Notes under the pieces: model-generated
The model's input: the letters and a program-made list of their open reading frames with translations, nothing else
Told to the model about the DNA's origin: nothing
Databases searched by the model: none
In this document: positions 56,978 to 64,000 of the stretch, one piece after another
Position numbering within the stretch: the stretch's first letter is position 1
Layout of the letters: every line of letters begins with the position of its first letter
Position numbers and translations under genes: made by a program
Origin: Armatimonadota bacterium
Lineage (GTDB): Bacteria > Armatimonadota > Fimbriimonadia > Fimbriimonadales > Fimbriimonadaceae
DNA length: 64,000 nt
NCBI GenBank assembly: GCA_031400935.1
Contig: JANNQV010000027.1
Location: 124,001 to 188,000, forward strand
Direction: 5' to 3'

Positions 56978-58762
56978 CTAATGCCCAGCGCCCGGCTGGC
57001 CTGTTGAAACAATTACTGTCTTTGGCCGGCGTCCCGATATGATTTCAATTTCCTTCCGTCGTCGAAGCTCAATTAGGTTCAGCGAACTCAAATGAGGCGC
57101 TGTTGCTGAGCTACGAAATGCTTGGCGGAACACCGGCCACATCGGTTCGATGTTGTGAGAAAGATCGAAAATCATCACGCCTTGGGTCGCACCGCATGCG
57201 GCTTGCAAAGCGCTTCCAAGGCCCCGCGGATTTTGTGCAAATTGCTCCAAAGAGATTCCGGCATAGGTCCAGGTGGAATCGTTGGCAACCCGATTGGAAA
57301 GTGCGGCAGCAGACTCAATGCTTTGCCCAACGCCTTTGCCTAAAGTCATCGCTTCGAATATTGTCGGAGCCGGATAGTAGCAACCGGTGATTAAGAAATC
57401 GAGCTGATCAGCGAATCCAGTTTGGCGGTATTCGGGAGACATAAACCAGAATCCGGCATCTAGATCGTTTGCTCCATAATTTGCTCCAAATGCAGCGTAC
57501 TCGCCGTACCACGATCCCGCATAGAGTCCGAATTGAGCACTTGGCCGCACTTGCTTCAGCAAATTCCCAATCGCCGACACATACCTCCGCATCAGGACAG
57601 CTCGAAAAATGAGCCAATTCTCGTAATCGGGGCCAGGTTTCAAACCTCGAGAAAAGTTGGGTGAAAACGTAATCTGATACACGTCTTCGGGCCATCGCCC
57701 TGCCTTTCTGCCAAGCCAGTCTTCAAACAGTCCTCGGAATTCGGCACCAAAATCGGCATTCATTCCTGCAAAGCGCATTCGGTCGTCGTACACCATTCCA
57801 TCAATTTCATACTTGGAGGCGATTTCTCTAACGATGGAAGCGTTTCGCTCCCACACCTCTTTGCCGGCCGGGTTTGTCATCAGCGGAGTTTGGTCGGCTG
57901 GCTTTTGCCCAGACGGAATTAGGTTGGCTTTCGTAACAAATCGAACTGAAGTTGCGCCAAAACTTGCGCTTCGCAGCCTGTCAGCCATTTCTCCCATACC
58001 AACAAGTACGCACCCATTTCGAGGAATCGTGGGCTTCGTTACATTAGCGAAGAGTTCAAAGCCATCAACGAAGTTGCCAAATGAATCAATTGAAATGGCA
58101 AAACCATTCCCTGAAGATTTGGCAAGCGCTTCTGCGTTCGTAAAGACACCCAGCTCTTTGCCAGGGGAATTTGGAGCCAATTCCACTGGCAATTCCTGAA
58201 ATCCAATCTTTGCAAAAACTTTTGGCTCGTAAAATGTGGTTTGCCAAGAAACATGTTCATATCCCGGCCCAGTGCGAAACAGATTGTGCCCTTCACTAAA
58301 CGCATTTATACTCACAAACAATTGAACATTCTTTCGCTTTGCTTCTCTGCAGAAAATTGGCACCGGGTCAAAATCTTCGGGCAATTTTCGACCTCGCCAT
58401 TCCGTCAGTTTGGGTGCGAATTCGCTCTTGAAAATGACATGGCCCGAAATCGGTTTTACATCTAGGACAATTGTATTGAATCCGGTGCCGCCGATCTTCG
58501 TCACAAGTTCAACGATCTTTTGCTCGGTGTTGTATCGCTCGATGTTTGCAGTTGCATCAATCCAAAGAATTCTTCCTTGCAATCCTTTTGAACGAGCCAT
58601 TGGATTTGCGATCCCTGTTCTATGAAGTCGCCTGTCGAGCATGACACCCGGCAATGTCGGAATTGGGTTTTGGTTTTCAAATCGAGGAGGGACGGGTTTG
58701 GGTTCGAGTTGGTGTGTTTGGGCAACTGTTGCGAGCGATAATGCGATTGCCCAAATGGTCAT
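56978..58762 (-). CDS. GHL10/YddW-like glycoside hydrolase
   Basis: LWIDATAN, LDVKPISG, YEIDGMVYDDR, YAGSWY. Confidence 0.75.
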   Translation of the reverse strand: MTIWAIALSLATVAQTHQLEPKPVPPRFENQNPIPTLPGVMLDRRLHRTGIANPMARSKGLQGRILWIDATANIERYNTEQKIVELVTKIGGTGFNTIVLDVKPISGHVIFKSEFAPKLTEWRGRKLPEDFDPVPIFCREAKRKNVQLFVSINAFSEGHNLFRTGPGYEHVSWQTTFYEPKVFAKIGFQELPVELAPNSPGKELGVFTNAEALAKSSGNGFAISIDSFGNFVDGFELFANVTKPTIPRNGCVLVGMGEMADRLRSASFGATSVRFVTKANLIPSGQKPADQTPLMTNPAGKEVWERNASIVREIASKYEIDGMVYDDRMRFAGMNADFGAEFRGLFEDWLGRKAGRWPEDVYQITFSPNFSRGLKPGPDYENWLIFRAVLMRRYVSAIGNLLKQVRPSAQFGLYAGSWYGEYAAFGANYGANDLDAGFWFMSPEYRQTGFADQLDFLITGCYYPAPTIFEAMTLGKGVGQSIESAAALSNRVANDSTWTYAGISLEQFAQNPRGLGSALQAACGATQGVMIFDLSHNIEPMWPVFRQAFRSSATAPHLSSLNLIELRRRKEIEIISGRRPKTVIVSTGQPGAGH

Positions 58763-58780
58763 GTGGGAAAGGACGATGAA

Positions 58781-58872
58781 TGTGGCTTGGATGTGCCTTG
58801 GGCGTCTCGCCCAAGGCTTCTAAACATGGCCGAGACGGTCATCCTACGCTTGGGCGAGACGCCCAAGCCACA
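58781..58872. repeat. Cluster of GTGG-type REP palindromes
   Basis: CTTGGGCGTCTCGCCCAAG (58797-58815), a degenerate copy (58825-58847), inverted copy CTTGGGCGAGACGCCCAAGCCACA (58849-58872). Confidence 0.8.
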
Positions 58873-58873
58873 C

Positions 58874-60388
58874 TTAGTACGCCCTTGCAAACACAACACG
58901 CTGTTTCGACGGCTTGCCAGATAGCACGCAAGTCCCAGGTTCGCTGTCGGATGGTTCAAGGGGAACAAACGGGATGCACCGAATCGTTGCCTTCGTTCGT
59001 TTGGCGATTTCTTCTTCAGTTTCGGTTGTGCCATCCCAATGAGCCACAACAAACCCAACTCCGCCGTCGCCTTCAAATGCGGCTTCAAATTCAGCCCATG
59101 AATCAACACGTTTCGTGTTTGCGTTTCGATGATCGAGTGCCTTTTGGAAAAGGGAAGATTGCATCGTAGCCAATTCGCTAACAAGTGTTGAAACGGCGTC
59201 ATCAATGGGCAATGTCGTCTTTTCGCCCGTATCTCGGCGAGCCATAACCACGCAGTTGCTCTCTAAGTCCCGTGGCCCAATTTCAACTCGAAGACAAGCA
59301 CCTTTAAGTTCCCAATCGTTGAATTTGAAGCCAGGCGATTCATTGTCTCGCTTGTCAACCTTAACGCGAATCGGCATTCCATCCCAATTCTTGCATCGGA
59401 GTTCATTCGCCAATTTATCAGCTAGAGCATATGTTTTGGTTCGAGTTTCCTCGTCTCGCCCAAGCGGCACAAAAACCACCTGATTTGGCGAAAGTTTTGG
59501 AGGACAAACGAGTCCCTTGTCGTCGGAGTGTGCCATGATGATCGTTCCAATCAGCCGTGTGGAAACGCCCCATGAAGTTGCATAAACGTATTCGAGCTTT
59601 CCTTCCTTACTAGTGAATTGAACGTCGAACGCCTTTGCAAAATTCTGCCCAAGGTTGTGCGAAGTTCCGGCTTGAATGCATCGGCCATCTTGAACCAAAG
59701 CCTCGATGCAATAGGTGTGCTCTGCACCGGCAAATTTCTCGTTTTCGGATTTCGTGCCAGTCAAGACTGGAACTGCCATCCACTCTTCGGCGAATCTGCG
59801 ATACACATTTGCCATCTGAATCGCCTCGTCTTCGGCTTCTTGCCAGGTAGCATGCGCGGTATGCCCTTCTTGCCAAAGGAACTCTGCTGTGCGGAGGAAA
59901 AGCCGCGTTCGCAATTCCCATCGCATGACGTTTGCCCATTGGTTGATGAGAATCGGTAAGTCGCGGTAGCTTTGGATCCACTTGGCATACTGGTTCCAAA
60001 TCACGGTTTCGCTGGTCGGGCGGATGATTAGCTCTTCTTCTAGCTTGGCATCTGGATCAACAATGACTCCCTTGCCTTTTGGGTCCATCATGAGGCGGTG
60101 ATGCGTGACTACCGCGCATTCCTTGGCAAATCCCTCGACATGCTCGGCTTCTTTTGATAGAAATGACTTTGGAATCAGGAGAGGAAAATAAGCATTGACA
60201 TGGCCGGTCGCTTTGAACATATCGTCCAGTGCCCTCTGCGTCAGTTCCCAAATGGCGTAGCCGTTAGGGCGAATCACCATGCAACCGCGAACGGGTGAAT
60301 AGTCGGCTAATTCCGCCTTGAGAACTAGCTCGTTGTACCAATCGGAATAGTTTGCGTCGCGAGAAGTGATTCCTTTATCTGAACTCAT
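58874..60388 (-). CDS. proS: Proline--tRNA ligase (eukaryote/archaea-type)
   Basis: [46 protein letters not shown]. Confidence 0.97.
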   Translation of the reverse strand: MSSDKGITSRDANYSDWYNELVLKAELADYSPVRGCMVIRPNGYAIWELTQRALDDMFKATGHVNAYFPLLIPKSFLSKEAEHVEGFAKECAVVTHHRLMMDPKGKGVIVDPDAKLEEELIIRPTSETVIWNQYAKWIQSYRDLPILINQWANVMRWELRTRLFLRTAEFLWQEGHTAHATWQEAEDEAIQMANVYRRFAEEWMAVPVLTGTKSENEKFAGAEHTYCIEALVQDGRCIQAGTSHNLGQNFAKAFDVQFTSKEGKLEYVYATSWGVSTRLIGTIIMAHSDDKGLVCPPKLSPNQVVFVPLGRDEETRTKTYALADKLANELRCKNWDGMPIRVKVDKRDNESPGFKFNDWELKGACLRVEIGPRDLESNCVVMARRDTGEKTTLPIDDAVSTLVSELATMQSSLFQKALDHRNANTKRVDSWAEFEAAFEGDGGVGFVVAHWDGTTETEEEIAKRTKATIRCIPFVPLEPSDSEPGTCVLSGKPSKQRVVFARAY

Positions 60389-60409
60389 ACGAAGTCAGAT
60401 TGTGGCAGA

Positions 60410-60605
60410 TTGGGTTCGGAAGGGTTTAGGGAGTGGGGGACAGGGTATGGCGGATAGGTTGAGAGCGGAGTTGTTAGAGTAGAAGGCGGAGAGCAGAGCA
60501 TGGAATGCTGAATGACAAGTGCTCAGTTCGGTATCTCGTCAAAAACTGCTGAACGCAAACCGCAAACAACAAACAACAAACAACTAAAAACCGACAACGA
60601 CCAAC
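60410..60605. repeat. Degenerate heptamer repeat tract (G-rich arm then A/C-rich arm)
   Basis: GGGTTCG, GGGTTTA, GGGGACA, GGGTATG... then ACGCAAA, CCGCAAA, CAACAAA x2, CCGACAA. Confidence 0.6.
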
Positions 60606-60614
60606 TTGTCTTCC

Positions 60615-61091
60615 CTAATTCCTCGTGAACATCAGCACTACTTTCGGAGCAGTAAAGCCTTTTGGCAGTGCTGTTTCTCCCTTTGGGCCTTTCACTTGCA
60701 TTTGGCCTTCCATAATCGTCGTCATTGTCTGGCCATTCTTGCTGATCGTCAGAACTCTGGTTCTGGGTTCAGATTTGTCAAGTTTGCCATCGCGTTTCAC
60801 AAAGAAAAGCGTAATTTTGCCGTTCGCTAGTTTCCAGGTTCCGTCCGATGTGTGAACTTTCTTATCTGGCGTGCCTTTGATATCCGTATGGAAAGTTCCT
60901 TGAGCTGTAAGCGTTAGAAAATATCCGATTGATGGCGCAGGCGGCATGGGAATCGCCTTACCATCTGGACCCTTGGCTGGAGTTACCTTCATTCGACCAG
61001 TCCACTTTCCTAAGAAATTTGGGGTCGAGGTTTGAGCAAATGAGGATACGGAAATCAAGAATGCCGAGATAAAGAAGCAATGGCGAATCAT
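60615..61091 (-). CDS. Secreted hypothetical protein (lipocalin-like beta barrel possible)
   Basis: Signal peptide ending SFA; FLGKWTG and GTWK motifs. Confidence 0.65.
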   Translation of the reverse strand: MIRHCFFISAFLISVSSFAQTSTPNFLGKWTGRMKVTPAKGPDGKAIPMPPAPSIGYFLTLTAQGTFHTDIKGTPDKKVHTSDGTWKLANGKITLFFVKRDGKLDKSEPRTRVLTISKNGQTMTTIMEGQMQVKGPKGETALPKGFTAPKVVLMFTRN

Positions 61092-61197
61092 CACGCAAAT
61101 AAGTACCTCAAAACGATGTAGTCTTGTTCCTCGCAGTTGGCGGTGCGACATGAAAGATGTGTGCAACAGACTCCTTTCTCAGAGCACTCCCAAAATA

Positions 61198-62793
61198 TTA
61201 CAAAGCATGAACTTCCGGCCAATCCAATTCCACTCCCATGGCTACAAGAACCGCCTGAAATTCTGCAACCCGCTCCTTTGAGTTGTAAACTTGCTGCGGA
61301 GTCAGATTGTGATTGAGACAAAACGCAGCCAGCGCTCCAGCCACTTCGCCGATATTCCATTCCACAGGATGAAGCCTGAAGCAGCCGTTTGTAATGTGAG
61401 TTACGCCTAGGTTCTTGCATGCTGGCAAAAGATTTTCAAATCTAACGGGAATTAGTGACCCTAATGGAATCTGAAATGGCAAGGAACTGAAATCAATAGT
61501 AGGCTTCCCATTTGCGCTGGGATGGAGGTCAATTCTGTATGCACCAATTCCAATAGAATCCCAAAAGGCGGGCGCTTTTGTCAATCCTGGATTATCATGA
61601 GCGGAAACATGCTGTTCGAGAACGGTAAACATTGCCTCGATCCTTCTGGATTCCCGAATGTAGGGGGCTTTGGCGAATCCGTCCTTTGTTCCAACAGGGT
61701 CGCCGTTCAGATAGAGTCCGGGATAGCCTTCGCCTCCATCTGGCCTCGGGGCTTCCGTTTGAAGCCAGTAGAGCAGGCTCAAAGATAATTGCTTGGAGTC
61801 ATTAAGGCGTTTTTCAAGAGTTGCTTCATCAATGTCGAGAGTTGTTGCTTCAAAGTAGTCGTTTTGAGGCCAATTGACGATCGTCGTGTCGCGAACGTTT
61901 TTGTGGTCAATTACATTCGTTGAAATGATTTGCCTGTAATCAAATAGCCCCTTGCTTCTTTCATGATCGTCAGCAAACAGAGTCCAAGTGAACGGTTCGC
62001 CTGTGTGAGCATGAATCGTATTCCAAGAAAGCAGGGCCCCAGCCCAAAACGGGGGCGAAAACGACTTCCAATGATCATATTGGGCGGGTCTATCAATAAC
62101 TTCGTTTCGCTGTTGATCCCAAGCCATCGAAAAGCACCAAGTGATTCCTTGAACGTTTTCAGGTTCTGGATCGCCGGCTACGGCATGTGCTTCGCCCGTT
62201 TGTTGGCGAGATTCTGCACCGATGCGATATTCAACATTCGCAAGAGGAAGCAGATCACCCATTTCTGTGGCATCGAGCACAAACTTGCATTCGACAGTTT
62301 CCGATTTTCCATTCTCGAGATTTAGGAATGTGACTGATCGAACTTGGTTTTGCGAAATCTCGACTCCCTTTGGCACTCTGCCCAAGCGAATATCGAGTTG
62401 CTCTGGTGACAAAATTTCGTCCAGCATTCCATTGAGTACGCCCCAGGCAATTCGAGGTTCATGGCACAGATGAGAAACCCAGCCTAAACCTGGGTTTAGA
62501 AAAGTTGAACTCTTGGCTGATGCAGTCAATGGATAAAAATCAGCATAGAATTTTCGAACCCGATTCCGAAATTTTCGATAGGTTGCAGTACATCCAAATT
62601 GCTCGATCCAGGGATGTTCGTCTGGAGGAACGGCCTGAGAAGTCAATTGCCCACCGATCCAGTCCGTAGGTTCAGTCAAGATAACGCTAAAACCTGAATT
62701 CGCAAGAGCGAGCGCAACGGCGCACCCACCAACGCCACCGCCGACGATCAGTACGTCGCAATGAGTATTAGAACTTGTGATTGATCTTGTCAA
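61198..62793 (-). CDS. FAD-dependent oxidoreductase
   Basis: DVLIVGGGVGG, GGQLTSQ, DATEMGD, PYIRESRR, FQIPLGSLIP, RLHPVEW. Confidence 0.88.
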   Translation of the reverse strand: MTRSITSSNTHCDVLIVGGGVGGCAVALALANSGFSVILTEPTDWIGGQLTSQAVPPDEHPWIEQFGCTATYRKFRNRVRKFYADFYPLTASAKSSTFLNPGLGWVSHLCHEPRIAWGVLNGMLDEILSPEQLDIRLGRVPKGVEISQNQVRSVTFLNLENGKSETVECKFVLDATEMGDLLPLANVEYRIGAESRQQTGEAHAVAGDPEPENVQGITWCFSMAWDQQRNEVIDRPAQYDHWKSFSPPFWAGALLSWNTIHAHTGEPFTWTLFADDHERSKGLFDYRQIISTNVIDHKNVRDTTIVNWPQNDYFEATTLDIDEATLEKRLNDSKQLSLSLLYWLQTEAPRPDGGEGYPGLYLNGDPVGTKDGFAKAPYIRESRRIEAMFTVLEQHVSAHDNPGLTKAPAFWDSIGIGAYRIDLHPSANGKPTIDFSSLPFQIPLGSLIPVRFENLLPACKNLGVTHITNGCFRLHPVEWNIGEVAGALAAFCLNHNLTPQQVYNSKERVAEFQAVLVAMGVELDWPEVHAL

Positions 62794-62877
62794 AATAGCT
62801 TAAACTTCCTTCAACTGCGAGAAATTGTGACATCAGATTGCAATTCAAGTAATTTTACTATGTTGATTTAACACAGT

Positions 62878-62894
62878 TTGGCACGGAAACCGCA
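62878..62894 (+). promoter_or_regulatory. Candidate sigma-54 (-24/-12) promoter
   Basis: TTGGCACG-GAAA-CCGCA: GG and GC at canonical spacing, 55 nt before the PEP-CTERM gene. Confidence 0.5.
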
Positions 62895-62948
62895 TATACT
62901 CCTTGTAGCTGTTTATGAAAATGGCGGGGCCGCGATTGGCCGTATCAA

Positions 62949-63575
62949 ATGGAGAACAAAATGTTTAAGTTTTTTAGTGGGTCTTTTCGCTCCGTATTCG
63001 GTGTTTGTATTTTTGCTGCAGCGGCAGCATCTTCTCAAGCCATCACATTCTTCAATGTAACATTCGCTGGAAGTGCGCCGTTGATCTCAGGGGCATCTTT
63101 TGCAACAGGACTTACTGACATTGACTTTACGATGCCAAATGCAGTTGTTGGCGACTTTCAAGCTCTGCGCCAAGGCACGTTTACGATTACCTACGAAGCA
63201 ACTAGCGCGGTATCCATGGTGATGGACCAAATGGTTTTATCCATTTTGGGCGGAGTATCTGGCAGCGGAATCATCATGTTCAGCGAAGTCATCGAAGACA
63301 TGGTCGTTCCTGGAATCATCGGCACGCTTTCGACGCAAACAATCACTTCAAACTCACAGCTGCCTTGGACGGGCAATATCTGGTTCTCACGTCCATCCAA
63401 CCACATTAAAGTCAAAAAGGAATTTTTCTTGATGGCTAATCCCGATACAAATGGGCTTGATCTATCCCGTATCGCTTTAATTGAGCAGAATCTTCATGTT
63501 GTTCCTGAACCGGCAAGCCTAGCTGCAATCAGCTTGGGAATTGCAGCATTAGCTGCTCGCCGCCGCCGTAAGTAA
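62949..63575 (+). CDS. PEP-CTERM sorting domain protein
   Basis: Signal peptide ending SQA; VPEPASLAAISLGIAALAARRRRK. Confidence 0.92.
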   Translation: MENKMFKFFSGSFRSVFGVCIFAAAAASSQAITFFNVTFAGSAPLISGASFATGLTDIDFTMPNAVVGDFQALRQGTFTITYEATSAVSMVMDQMVLSILGGVSGSGIIMFSEVIEDMVVPGIIGTLSTQTITSNSQLPWTGNIWFSRPSNHIKVKKEFFLMANPDTNGLDLSRIALIEQNLHVVPEPASLAAISLGIAALAARRRRK

Positions 63576-63734
63576 ATCGCAGGCTCACTTCATTGTGAGC
63601 ATACGTTTTCAAAATCCAGGCAATTTTGCAACCGATAGAGCCTCGGAAATGACAGACTTCGTGATATACTGAAGTCTGTCATTTTGTTATTTGCTTGCCA
63701 ATTTATTTTTTGGTAGCGTAGAGGAGCTGTATTC

Positions 63735-64000
63735 ATGTTTGTTTTTGGTACTCGAAAGAGATTTTTCGGTTTCGCACTTGCGAGTGCATTGCTACTTGGA
63801 TTGACTGCGAGTTCGCAGGCAGTCATCACGTTTTCGAACATTACGTTTAGCGGAACGCCCAATTTGATCAGTGCAGCTACATTTAACACCGGCAACTTCG
63901 ACATAGATTTTACGTTGCCAAACGCCGTTGTTGGCGATTTTCAAGTGGCTCGCCAAGGTGTGATTACCATCACTTATGAAGCGCAAAGCAATGATCCGAT
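63735..64000 (+). CDS. Paralogue of the preceding PEP-CTERM protein, cut by the window end (absent from the ORF track)
   Basis: RBS GAGGAG; MFVFGTRKRFFG...SSQAVITFSNITFSG...DIDFTLPNAVVGDFQ..RQG..TITYEA closely matches 62949-63575. Confidence 0.85.
   Translation, partial: MFVFGTRKRFFGFALASALLLGLTASSQAVITFSNITFSGTPNLISAATFNTGNFDIDFTLPNAVVGDFQVARQGVITITYEAQSNDP

Noticed and set aside
58759..59205. ORFs spanning the proS end and the REP cluster
   Set aside because: Alternative or antisense frames of proS with no protein motifs
240..63986. Numerous 60-200 aa antisense or overlapping ORFs in the track (e.g. 10073-10663, 18156-18770, 36513-37112, 52342-53100)
   Set aside because: Shadow frames of well-supported genes, with no recognisable motifs

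Overview
Mostly ordinary chromosomal DNA. Gene content (several PEP-CTERM proteins, futalosine-pathway mqnA, eukaryote/archaea-type proS) suggests Armatimonadota, probably Fimbriimonadaceae; this is inference only. In order the window holds: a 12.6-kb co-oriented cluster (two ABC exporter subunits, an atypical HlyD-like protein, ADP-ribosylglycohydrolase, GH127, CitD-CitE fusion, CitF, serine hydrolase); a PEP-CTERM gene; tRNA-Asn; glpX; DUF1800; a 4Fe-4S/TPR membrane protein next to a large secreted protein; waaF; GH78 with a sugar ABC importer; an S8 protease locus; hipBA; a his operon with attenuator beside tRNA-Ala(CGC); mqnA; der; rpmH-rnpA-yidD-yidC-jag; fbaB; envelope hydrolases; proS; and tandem PEP-CTERM paralogues. 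Best leads: (1) a subtilase that appears naturally split, with the prodomain as its own secreted ORF and a c-di-GMP-I riboswitch directly before the prodomain-less catalytic gene; (2) a secreted protein with a lysyl-oxidase-like Lys...DTY pattern, encoded beside a NapH/MauN-like 4Fe-4S-TPR membrane protein; (3) a his operon bracketed by a 15-bp repeat of the tRNA-Ala 3' end; (4) a palindromic repeat element read in-frame inside an ABC ATPase; (5) a citrate-lyase-like module with a Ser-less ACP, co-transcribed with an ADP-ribosylglycohydrolase. I saw no CRISPR array, rRNA, integrase or transposase. All assignments come from reading motifs by eye; no searches were run.
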